A stretch of 64,000 nt of DNA from Armatimonadota bacterium (lineage in GTDB: Bacteria; Armatimonadota; SYMT01). Made by a program: the position numbers and the translations under genes. The stretch spans positions 192,001-256,000 of the forward strand of contig JAWLHY010000009.1 of the NCBI GenBank assembly GCA_041690135.1, in the 5' to 3' direction. The stretch's first letter is position 1. Each line of letters opens with the position of its first letter. Under the pieces are notes generated by a model. The model worked only from the letters and a program-made list of their open reading frames with translations, did not search any database and was not told the DNA's origin. Of this stretch, positions 55,747 through 64,000 are shown one piece after another.

Positions 55747-57762
55747 ATGTGCGGAATCGCCGGTTTCATCCATTCAACTCCACAGCCGCGGGCGCAAGCG
55801 CTCCTGCAGCGCATGAACGACTCTCTGGTGCATCGCGGCCCGGACGATGCCGGCTTTTTCCTCACGCCGGAAGGAGCCCGCGGTCCCCAGGTCGGCATCG
55901 CCATGCGCCGCCTGGCCATCATCGACCTCGCAGGCGGCCACCAGCCAATCCCTAACGAGGATGAGAGCTGCTGGATCGTTTTCAACGGGGAGATCTACAA
56001 CCACCAGAAACTGCGAAACGAACTCGAGCGGTTGGGCCATGTCTACCGCACGCAATCCGATACGGAAACGATTCTGCACGCCTACGAGGAGTACGGAACG
56101 GAGTGCGTTTCCCACCTGCGCGGAATGTTCGCCTTCGCCATCTGGGATAGTCGCCGGCAGCGGGTGCTCATCGCGCGCGACCACGTGGGGATCAAACCCC
56201 TCTACTGGACGGAAATCGGCGGCCGATTCCTGTTCGGCTCCGAGATCAAGGCGCTCTTGCGCGATCCGGAGGTCCCCCGGCGGGTCAACCCGGAAGGCCT
56301 GCACCACTACCTGACGTACCTCTACGCGCCCGCGCCCGGCACGATGTTCGAAGGCATCCACCAGTTGCCTCCGGGGCACCGCCTGATCTGGGAAGCGGGC
56401 CGTGTCACCGTGGAAGAGTACTGGAGCGGGCCGCGCGCGATGCTGGAAGGCCCCGAAGGGCCGGAAGTGTCGCTGGAAGAGGCGTGGGAGGTGCTGCGGG
56501 AGTCGGTGGATGCGCACATGCTCAGCGAAGTGCCGCTGGGCGCCTTCCTCAGCGGCGGCCTGGACTCCACGGTGATTGTCGCCCTGATGCGGGAACTGTC
56601 CCCGCACCGGGTGAAGACCTTCTCGATCGGCTTCCGGAACGCGGGTATCTACGACGAGCAGCGGTATGCCCGGATGGTTGCAGACCACCTGGGTACGGAG
56701 CATCACGCGTTCGAGGTGGATGCGGACGACGTGAGCGTGCTTCCCGAGATCATCCGGCACCTGGACGAACCGCTGGCGGACGCCTCGGTCATTCCGAATT
56801 ACCTGGTGGCGCGCATGGCGCGGGAGCACGTTACGGTGGCCCTCACCGGCATCGGCGGCGATGAGCTGTTCGGCGGATACCGGCGCTACTTCGGCGACGA
56901 CCTGGCGCGCAAGTGGGAGCGGGTACCGCGGTTCGCGCGCAAGAACCTGCTGCTGCCGGCGCTCCGCCTGGTGCCGGCCACCGGCGATACCCGCATCGGC
57001 AATATGAGCCGCCTGGTGCAGAAGTTCCTGGAGCCGCTCGACCTGGCGCCCGAGGAACGGTACATCGCGTGGAACGCCTTCTTCTCGGAAGAAGCGAAGC
57101 GAGAACTTTACGGGCGGCCGAATGGACACGTCGCCCGCTCTTCGGCGGAGCCGATGCTCCCGCATTTTTCGCACGTGGGCCACCGCCGGTTTGCCGACCG
57201 GGCGATGTACCTGGATCTGAAGAGCTATCTCCCGGGCGATCCGCTCTTTCTCTCGGACCGGATGACCATGGCGCATTCGTTGGAGGGCCGGGTACCGCTG
57301 GTGGACGTGGACGTGATGGAGTTCGCGGCTCGAGTTCCCTTGAGCCAGAAGCTCCAGGGCCAGACGACGAAACTCCTGCTGCGCCGCCTGCTGGAGGGGC
57401 GCGTCCCCGAGGAAGTCATCTACCGGCCCAAGCAGGGTTTCGGCACCCCGATCGACGTCTGGTTCCGGGGTCGGCTGGCGCCGCTGGTCGATCAGATCCT
57501 CTCTCCTGAGGTCCTGCGCAGCCGGGGCTACTTCGATCCGGGTTATGTGAACTGGCTGCGCGCTCAGCAGGCCGCCGGCAAGCGGGACTTCAGCCAGCAT
57601 CTGTGGGCGCTGATCGTGTTCGAACTATGGCACCGGGCCTACATCGATGCCGATCTGAGCGATCGAAAAGGCCTGACTTTCGAGGACCTGGGGCTCTCCA
57701 TGACCGGGACAAAGACTGTTCCATCCGGGGAAGGCCAGAGCCTGGCCGGGAGCCGGAGGTGA
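55747..57762 (+). CDS. asnB: Asparagine synthase (glutamine-hydrolysing)-family amidotransferase
   Basis: MCGIAG, HRGPD, RRLAIIDL, FNGEIYN, FLSGGLDS, GGDELFGGY, KQGF. Confidence 0.93.
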   Translation: MCGIAGFIHSTPQPRAQALLQRMNDSLVHRGPDDAGFFLTPEGARGPQVGIAMRRLAIIDLAGGHQPIPNEDESCWIVFNGEIYNHQKLRNELERLGHVYRTQSDTETILHAYEEYGTECVSHLRGMFAFAIWDSRRQRVLIARDHVGIKPLYWTEIGGRFLFGSEIKALLRDPEVPRRVNPEGLHHYLTYLYAPAPGTMFEGIHQLPPGHRLIWEAGRVTVEEYWSGPRAMLEGPEGPEVSLEEAWEVLRESVDAHMLSEVPLGAFLSGGLDSTVIVALMRELSPHRVKTFSIGFRNAGIYDEQRYARMVADHLGTEHHAFEVDADDVSVLPEIIRHLDEPLADASVIPNYLVARMAREHVTVALTGIGGDELFGGYRRYFGDDLARKWERVPRFARKNLLLPALRLVPATGDTRIGNMSRLVQKFLEPLDLAPEERYIAWNAFFSEEAKRELYGRPNGHVARSSAEPMLPHFSHVGHRRFADRAMYLDLKSYLPGDPLFLSDRMTMAHSLEGRVPLVDVDVMEFAARVPLSQKLQGQTTKLLLRRLLEGRVPEEVIYRPKQGFGTPIDVWFRGRLAPLVDQILSPEVLRSRGYFDPGYVNWLRAQQAAGKRDFSQHLWALIVFELWHRAYIDADLSDRKGLTFEDLGLSMTGTKTVPSGEGQSLAGSRR

Positions 57763-57764
57763 GT

Positions 57765-59813
57765 ATGGGCACGCTGCTTCTCTCCATCGCTTCCGGCCTG
57801 GGGATCGCGACCGTCGTCCTGGCGGTCACGCTGGCCTTGGGCCTGGCACTCTGGTGGCGGTTCACGGGGCGAAGCCCTTCTCCCGCGGAATTGCTCGGTC
57901 CCGGGTTTCTTCTCGGCTGCATCGCCCTCACGACGCTCTCGGTGCTGATCATCGTGGCCCTTCCGGCTCATCCGCTCGCCGCCTGGGGTGCGATAGGGGC
58001 TGCGTTGCTTCTTGCCGCGGCTAGCCTCGCCCCGGAACGGGCCGCGGTGCGCGAGGCGCTGACCGGGATGTGCCAATCCGTGTCCACCGGCTTCCGCGCG
58101 CAGCCCGTGTGGTGGCTGGCCATACTGGGGCTGGCTGCGCTGGAATTCTTCGTCTGCCTGGCACCCAACACGGCGTGGGATGCCTATACCCTCCATTACG
58201 GCATCATCGAGAAGTTCTGGCGGACCGGCAGCCTCGCCCCGGAAGGCCTGGCTCCCCGCGAGTACATGCACCTGAATTCCGAGGTACTGTGTTCGATCTG
58301 GATGCTGGCGGCAGGCGAGCGGGCGGCAAACCTGATGTCGCTGCTGCAGGTGATCAGTCTCGGAGCGACCGTCTACCTGGGAATCAGCCGCTACACGGAA
58401 AGCTTCTGGGCGCGGCTCGGGGCCACGGTGGTGCTGGGCCTGCCGGTATCCGTCCACCAGTCGTCCGGGGGATGGGTAGACACCCTCCTCGTGCAGAGCG
58501 TGTTGCTCTGCTATCTCTGTTACGAGGTGGCTCCCCGTGAGGCACGTCCGCTGGGATGGGCCGTTTTCGCCGGGCTGTGCGGCGGTTATGCCTGGGGGGT
58601 CAAGCAAAGCGTCCCGGCGCTACTGGTTCCGCTGGCGCTGATCGCCGCATTCGACCTGCTGCGTCATCGCGACCGTCGTCTCCCGGCCCTGGTCATGGGG
58701 GCGGTTCTCGTCCTGGTGGCGGCCCCCTGGCTCTACCGCACGTGGACCGCGACCGGCAACCCGCTCTATCCGGCGTTTCCTTCCCTCAACCGCCTCACGC
58801 ACCGGTGGGACCTGGCGCATGCGGTGGGTTACCGGACGCCGTTGCCGTGGGGCTTCCTGCAGATGTTCCAGGTCCACTCGGGATCGCCATCCAAGTGGCT
58901 GGACGATGCGGTGCCTCCCTGGGTGATGCTCTACTTCCTCCTGGGTTTTCTCGTGCTGCTCCGCATGCGGGACTGGAAGGCCGCGCCGGGGCGCCTGTGG
59001 ACCGGGGTGCTCCTGGCCCTGGGCCCAACGTACTACTTCTTTTTCGGCAACTCCCGCTATGCCGTGTTCGCCTACATCTTTGGGGCGATCACCGCCTCGA
59101 TTACCTGCGGGCGAGCGTTCGGAAAGGCGACCGGTTTCCGCTGGGCCTGTGCCGGAGTCGGCGTCCTCAGCCTGCTCCTGGGTTCGGCGATAGCCGCGGG
59201 GCGAGCCTGGAACCGCCGGGATGTCCTGGTCGGCCGGGTGACTCCCCAGGCGTACGTGGCCGGCACCTATCCCCATCTCGCGCTGCTGGACCCCGTGCGG
59301 AGTGAAATCCAGCCGGGCCAGAAGGTCGTGATGTTCGACGGTCTCATCTATCGGAATGGAATGCCGACCGTGGACGCGGATCCCCGCTTCCCCGGCGCGC
59401 GCGTGGTGAACTGGCAGACCGAGACGGCCGAACGGGTCCTGGACAACTGTCGCGAGTTGAATGTCCGGTGGATCGTGGTCCCCTATGGCTATGCCCGGTT
59501 CAGCATGGGAGTGGGCTACTGGGCTTCTCAGAAGTCCGGCGCGGGCGCCGGCGAGCAGGAGCGGCTGATGGCTACCGTGCGGGAGACTTTCCCTGAGTGG
59601 GTTTGGAAGGAAGGGTCGCCGCTCTGGGTGGACCCCACCGTCGACTACTTCGCGGCCGTGGTGGAGCGCCTCAGCGAAATTCGCCCCTGGCTGCGGACGC
59701 GCGGTGTGGTTCCCGGATGGGTGCTTTATGAGCTTCGGGATGCGCCTGTGGAAGTTGCTGATTTCGATGAGGACCGTACCGTACCGGCGGGCAAAGGACA
59801 GGCGCAGTTCTGA
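57765..59813 (+). CDS. Polytopic membrane protein, probable GT-C-fold (ArnT/PMT-like) glycosyltransferase
   Basis: Many TM helices; WDAYTLH in the first large loop, GVKQ, PWLYRTW..TGNPLYP; soluble C-terminal domain. Confidence 0.7.
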   Translation: MGTLLLSIASGLGIATVVLAVTLALGLALWWRFTGRSPSPAELLGPGFLLGCIALTTLSVLIIVALPAHPLAAWGAIGAALLLAAASLAPERAAVREALTGMCQSVSTGFRAQPVWWLAILGLAALEFFVCLAPNTAWDAYTLHYGIIEKFWRTGSLAPEGLAPREYMHLNSEVLCSIWMLAAGERAANLMSLLQVISLGATVYLGISRYTESFWARLGATVVLGLPVSVHQSSGGWVDTLLVQSVLLCYLCYEVAPREARPLGWAVFAGLCGGYAWGVKQSVPALLVPLALIAAFDLLRHRDRRLPALVMGAVLVLVAAPWLYRTWTATGNPLYPAFPSLNRLTHRWDLAHAVGYRTPLPWGFLQMFQVHSGSPSKWLDDAVPPWVMLYFLLGFLVLLRMRDWKAAPGRLWTGVLLALGPTYYFFFGNSRYAVFAYIFGAITASITCGRAFGKATGFRWACAGVGVLSLLLGSAIAAGRAWNRRDVLVGRVTPQAYVAGTYPHLALLDPVRSEIQPGQKVVMFDGLIYRNGMPTVDADPRFPGARVVNWQTETAERVLDNCRELNVRWIVVPYGYARFSMGVGYWASQKSGAGAGEQERLMATVRETFPEWVWKEGSPLWVDPTVDYFAAVVERLSEIRPWLRTRGVVPGWVLYELRDAPVEVADFDEDRTVPAGKGQAQF

Positions 59814-61135
59814 TGCAGACGGCAGAAGTCACCCCGCAGGGTGAAGAGAGAATGTCGCCTCCTGCTTCCCCGGGGAGTCGGACTGGGCGCCCGCTTAGCA
59901 TTCTCATGGTCGCGGACGTGGACCCCGTGCACGTGATCGGCGGGGGCGAGCGGATGCTCCACGAGCATTCGACCCGTCTCGCCGCGCGGGGCCATCGGGT
60001 GGTCGTGCTGACGCGTCGTGAATTGTCCGAGTACCCGGCGGAAGAGGTCCATCGAGGAGTTCGCGTCTTCCGGCATCCGGTGACGGAGGGGGGCTCCCTC
60101 ACCTTTATGCGAACGGTACTGCGGGAGTGTGGTCGGGCCTTTACACGCCTGGTGGCGCAGGAGCGGTTCGATGTGGTCAACGTCCACCAGCCGCTCGCCG
60201 GGGCCGGGGTGGCGAAGCTCGCCCAGAGCCGCGGCTTGCCGATTCTTTACACCTACCTCTCGCCCTGGGGGGACGAGTATCGCGTGCGCGCGGAACGCCA
60301 GGCGGCCCGCGCGTCGGGCGGTGGCGGGGCGGCCCGCAATGCCTGGGTGGCGCTCAACACCCGGGCCCGCGAATGGATGGAGCGATCGGTGCTCGGCCGC
60401 ACCGCCGAGATCATGGTCCTCTCCGAGTTCACCTCCAGCCAATTGCGCGACATTCACGGAATCCCTACCTCCCGTCCCCAACTCATCCCCGGCGGGGTCG
60501 ATACGGAGCGATTCCGACCGCCGGCGGACCGAGTGGCCCTCCGTCGCGAATTAGGCCTGCCGGAGGGTTTTCTCTTCCTTACCGTAAGGAACCTGGTTCC
60601 GCGGATGGGCCTGGACGCGCTGATCGCCGCGATGGCCGAGGTGGTGCGCAATCGTCCGGACGCACACCTGGCAATCGGCGGTTCGGGCGCACTGCGGGAG
60701 GTCCTGGAACAGCAGGTGCGCGCGCTGGGGCTGGAGCGGAACGTGACCTTCCTCGGCTTTATCCCCGAGGCGCGGCTGCCGGACTACTATGGCGCGGCCG
60801 ATCTCTTCGTGCTCCCGACTCGCACACTGGAAGGCTTCGGCCTGGTGACCGTGGAGGCGCTGGCGTGCGGCACTCCCGCCCTGGGCACCCCCATTGGGGG
60901 CACGCTCGAGATCCTGCGACCCTTTGGAACCGAGTGGCTCTTCCGGGGGATCGAAGCCGGCGAACTGGCGGAAGGGATGTTATCGCGCATCTCGCAAGTG
61001 GAAGGAGAGGCCGGCTTGCGGGACCGGTGCCGCCAGTACGTTCTCGACCACTACGCATGGGAGGTGATCATTCCCCGCGTGGAGAGCCTCATGGCCGCGA
61101 TGGTGAACGCGGAGAACGCCGGCCGCCGCGCGTGA
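59813..61135 (+). CDS. Glycosyltransferase family 4
   Basis: GGGER, PGGVD.ERF, RNLVPRMG, EGFGLVTVEALACGTP. Confidence 0.9.
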   Translation: MQTAEVTPQGEERMSPPASPGSRTGRPLSILMVADVDPVHVIGGGERMLHEHSTRLAARGHRVVVLTRRELSEYPAEEVHRGVRVFRHPVTEGGSLTFMRTVLRECGRAFTRLVAQERFDVVNVHQPLAGAGVAKLAQSRGLPILYTYLSPWGDEYRVRAERQAARASGGGGAARNAWVALNTRAREWMERSVLGRTAEIMVLSEFTSSQLRDIHGIPTSRPQLIPGGVDTERFRPPADRVALRRELGLPEGFLFLTVRNLVPRMGLDALIAAMAEVVRNRPDAHLAIGGSGALREVLEQQVRALGLERNVTFLGFIPEARLPDYYGAADLFVLPTRTLEGFGLVTVEALACGTPALGTPIGGTLEILRPFGTEWLFRGIEAGELAEGMLSRISQVEGEAGLRDRCRQYVLDHYAWEVIIPRVESLMAAMVNAENAGRRA

Positions 61136-61245
61136 AGCGTGGAGTCTAGCAACCGTCGAGCAGTTATGCTATATGCTGTCTCGGTTGGCTACCAGCAGAG
61201 AGGATGCGCGCCGCGACCAATGCGCGCCGGGGAAGACAGGAGCGT

Positions 61246-62172
61246 ATGAGAATCGTAGTTACGGGCGGTGGAGGCTTCATCGGCTCTACACTTTCCAGAC
61301 GGCTCCTGGCATCCGGGCACACCGTTACCGTCTTCGACAACATGTCCTCGGGGGAACGGGGCGAGCGGAACATGGAGGAGTTGCTGCGGAACGGAGCACG
61401 GGCCGTGCGCGGTGACATCCGCTGCTCCGATGCATTGGCCCCGGCTCTGGTAGGCGCCGAGGCCGTGGTGCACCTCGCCGCGATGGCTTCCGTGGCCGTG
61501 AGTGTTGCAGACCCCAAGGCGTGCTGGGAGATCAACGCGCTGGGCACCCGGACCGTGCTGGAGGCAGCCCGCCGGGCCGGCGTTCGCCGGCTGGTCTTCG
61601 CTTCCACGGCGGCGGTCTACGGGATGGAGCCGCGGTTGCCCTCCCGTGAAGACGATCCACTCGCGCCGGCATCCCCTTATGCGGAAGCCAAGATCGCCGC
61701 GGAAGAGGCCTGCCACCTGGCGCATGAAAGCGGCGACCTCGAGGCGGTAGTGCTCCGGTTCTTCAATGTTTACGGGGCCGGGCAGGACCCGCTTTCATCC
61801 TACTCGGGTGTGATCACCCGCTGGATGGAAGCGTTGCGCCAGAAAGCCGCCATTCAGGTCTATGGGGACGGCAGCCAGACGCGCGATTTTGTGCACGTTG
61901 AGGATGTAGCCGGAGCTATTGAGCTGGCACTGCAGGCGCAGCCCGCGCATCCGGGCCCGATGAACATCGGCTCCGGCATCGCCACCAGCCTGCTCGAACT
62001 GCTGCAGCATCTCGGTTCCGCCTACGGAACGAAGCCGGAAGTGCAGTTCCAGCCGTTTCGAGCGGGTGATGTGCTGCACTCGCGGGCCGACATCAGCCGG
62101 GCGGCCGAGCATCTCGGCTTCCGGCCGACGGTCAACCTGTCGGAGGGTCTGCGTTCGCTTTTCCAGCGGTAG
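61246..62172 (+). CDS. NAD-dependent epimerase (UDP-sugar 4-epimerase-like)
   Basis: AGGAG RBS; VTGGGGFIG, ASTAAVYG, SPYAEAK, RFFNVYG..QDP.S.YSGVI. Confidence 0.9.
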   Translation: MRIVVTGGGGFIGSTLSRRLLASGHTVTVFDNMSSGERGERNMEELLRNGARAVRGDIRCSDALAPALVGAEAVVHLAAMASVAVSVADPKACWEINALGTRTVLEAARRAGVRRLVFASTAAVYGMEPRLPSREDDPLAPASPYAEAKIAAEEACHLAHESGDLEAVVLRFFNVYGAGQDPLSSYSGVITRWMEALRQKAAIQVYGDGSQTRDFVHVEDVAGAIELALQAQPAHPGPMNIGSGIATSLLELLQHLGSAYGTKPEVQFQPFRAGDVLHSRADISRAAEHLGFRPTVNLSEGLRSLFQR

Positions 62173-62208
62173 CCTTTGCCTATCCCCGCCGGAGTTTTCA
62201 ACGAGCCC

Positions 62209-63546
62209 ATGTCTCAACAGCCTCGACCGATTCGTGTCCTGCACATCATCACCCGGATGGTGCGGGGGGGAGCTCAAGAGAATACACTGGCCAACGTGGC
62301 CGGTCTCCACGGGCCGGAGTGGGAGAGTTGCCTGGTTACGGGTCCAGCTCTGGGGCCGGAGGGGAGCCTGGAAACCAAGTGCGAGGCGGCCGGGATCCGG
62401 ATGCTCCATGTGCCCTCGCTGGTCCGGGAGATTTCGCCCCGCCAGGACCGCATTGCGCTGGCGCACCTGGTCCGCATCCTCCGGCAGGAGCGTCCTCACC
62501 TCGTCCACACCCATACCTCGAAGGCGGGAATCCTGGGTCGGCTCGCAGCCCGGATTGCCCGCGTTCCGGTGGTGATCCACACCCCCCACGGTCACGTGTT
62601 CCACAGTTACGAAGGCAAGCTGAAGTCGAAGGTCTTCGTGGGCGTGGAACGTAGCTGCGCCTCCATGGCACAGCGACTGGTGGCGCTCACCGACCGCGAA
62701 ATGCAGGAGCACCTTGAACTGGGGGTAGGCCGTCCGGAGCAGTGGTCGATCATCCACAGCGGCGTCGACTTCCGGCCGTTCGAAGCGGCCCGGGGCGGCG
62801 GTGAGCGCGTGCGGGCGGAACTGGGAATCCCTCCCCAGGCGCCGGTGGTCGGCACGGTGGGGCGCCTGGTGGCCATCAAGGGGCAGGAATTCCTCCTGGA
62901 AGCGGCGGCATCCCTGGCCGGGGAGTTTCCGGACCTGCATCTGCTCATGGTGGGGGACGGTCCACTCCGCACCCAACTGTTGGAAATGGCGCGGGGGGCC
63001 GGCCTGAACACCGTCGAACATCCCGCGCCGGGTGTTGCAGGGGAAACGTTAAGAACGTCCGGAAGCGCGGCCCCGGCTCCGACCGTGCATTTTGTGGGTC
63101 TCCGGAAGGACGTGGGTCGGATGCTGTCGGCGATGGACGTGTTCGCTCTTCCATCGCTCAACGAGGGAATGGGGCGCGTGCTGGTGGAAGCGATGGCCAT
63201 GGAGCTTCCCTGCGTGGCTTCCCAGGTCAGTGGGATTCCGGACGTCGTGGAAGACGGGTCCACCGGATTGCTGGTCCCCGCGCGCGACGCCGCTTCCCTG
63301 AGTGGGGCTCTCCGTCGCCTACTCGCATCTCCGGACCTGGCCCGCGCCATGGGGCAGCGGGGTCGGGCTCGCGCGGTTCCCGGTTACAGCGTGGAGGAAA
63401 TGCTGGCGCAGTTGGAGAGGCTCTACCGACAAGCGCTCCGGGAGCGCGGGATAGTGCCCCCCGCGGCGACCGAAAATATCGACCCGGGGGACTGCAGACG
63501 TACTTTGCCCGTCGCTGATGGGGGAGAGGCTGTAAGCCGAAGATAA
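62209..63546 (+). CDS. Glycosyltransferase family 4
   Basis: VLHIITR..GGAQEN, HTHTSKAG, HTPHG, GRLVAIKG, EGMGRVLVEAMA. Confidence 0.9.
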   Translation: MSQQPRPIRVLHIITRMVRGGAQENTLANVAGLHGPEWESCLVTGPALGPEGSLETKCEAAGIRMLHVPSLVREISPRQDRIALAHLVRILRQERPHLVHTHTSKAGILGRLAARIARVPVVIHTPHGHVFHSYEGKLKSKVFVGVERSCASMAQRLVALTDREMQEHLELGVGRPEQWSIIHSGVDFRPFEAARGGGERVRAELGIPPQAPVVGTVGRLVAIKGQEFLLEAAASLAGEFPDLHLLMVGDGPLRTQLLEMARGAGLNTVEHPAPGVAGETLRTSGSAAPAPTVHFVGLRKDVGRMLSAMDVFALPSLNEGMGRVLVEAMAMELPCVASQVSGIPDVVEDGSTGLLVPARDAASLSGALRRLLASPDLARAMGQRGRARAVPGYSVEEMLAQLERLYRQALRERGIVPPAATENIDPGDCRRTLPVADGGEAVSRR

Positions 63547-63616
63547 GGGTTGGACATCGGTGGGGGCTGCGGGAACGTCGCTGGCCGGAGCCGCAAAGAG
63601 CCAAGGAGTTAGGACG

Positions 63617-64000
63617 ATGAAAGTACTGGTCACCGGCGGAGCCGGTTACATCGGATCGAACCTGGTGGACACGCTGATGGCGCGTGGTGACGAGGTTTTC
63701 ATCATCGACAATCTGTCGACCGGACGGATCCAGAACATCCGCCATCACCTGGACAACCCGCGGTTCCACTTCGTCAATGACACGATCCTCTCGCTCGGCA
63801 CGCTCGAGCGCCTGGTGGATCAGGTAGACCTCATCTACCACCTGGCGGCGGCCGTCGGTGTCAAGTACATCGTGGACGATCCGATCGGGACGATCACCAC
63901 GAACGTGCGCGGCACCGAGAACGTGTTGGCGATGGCCTACCGGTACTGGAAGCGCGTGGTGGTGGCCTCCACCAGCGAAGTGTACGGCAAGTCGACGGGC
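63617..64000 (+). CDS. NAD-dependent epimerase/dehydratase, truncated by the window end
   Basis: AAGGAG RBS; MKVLVTGGAGYIGSNL..DNLSTG..YHLAAAVGV..ASTSEVYGK (translated by hand; absent from the ORF track). Confidence 0.9.
   Translation, partial: MKVLVTGGAGYIGSNLVDTLMARGDEVFIIDNLSTGRIQNIRHHLDNPRFHFVNDTILSLGTLERLVDQVDLIYHLAAAVGVKYIVDDPIGTITTNVRGTENVLAMAYRYWKRVVVASTSEVYGKSTG

Noticed and set aside
41421-62175. ops-like GCGGTAG heptamers (about 41425, 44137, 62166)
   Set aside because: None matches the full GGCGGTAGnnTG, none is in the leader, and such 7-mers are common in GC-rich DNA.
1-64000. Prophage, IS elements, defence systems, rRNA/tRNA
   Set aside because: No integrase, transposase, phage, cas or restriction-like ORFs were seen, and no tRNA/rRNA signature other than the tRNA-like ends of tmRNA.

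Overview
This is a GC-rich window from a diderm bacterium; the gene style is compatible with Armatimonadota, but that is inference only. Bases 1-12.3 kb are ordinary chromosome: an SSS-family symporter with a DUF997 partner, a DUF4177-RbsD fusion, an M42 peptidase, a Tat-exported protein, an AMIN-domain cell-wall amidase, tmRNA (tag ANNTQSYALAA) with a sigma70 promoter, an Ig-like/LptD-like outer-membrane protein, an FkbM methyltransferase and a TPR membrane protein. From 12,561 to past the window end lies one uninterrupted plus-strand surface-polysaccharide locus (>51 kb, about 45 genes). It is headed by a specialised NusG paralogue (UpxY/LoaP/RfaH-like) and a small coiled-coil/Zn-finger protein. 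It continues with a Wzc kinase carrying a 24-Tyr Gly-Tyr tail, a Wza-like exporter, two tandem Wzy/O-antigen-ligase paralogues, Wzm/Wzt, many GT2/GT4 enzymes, nucleotide-sugar enzymes, methyltransferases, a carbamoyltransferase-SxtJ-SxtK triad, AsnB and a GT-C protein. The best candidate for an undescribed system is regulatory. The leader and the larger spacers of this locus fold by eye into multi-helix RNAs, one with a 20-bp helix and a pseudoknot, and the non-Watson-Crick pairs in their main helices are G.U-compatible on the mRNA strand. A recurrent sigma28-like GCCGA(T/C)A motif also precedes several sub-blocks. No integrase, transposase, CRISPR array, rRNA or tRNA was seen. All family calls come from motif recognition, not database searches, and all structures were paired manually.
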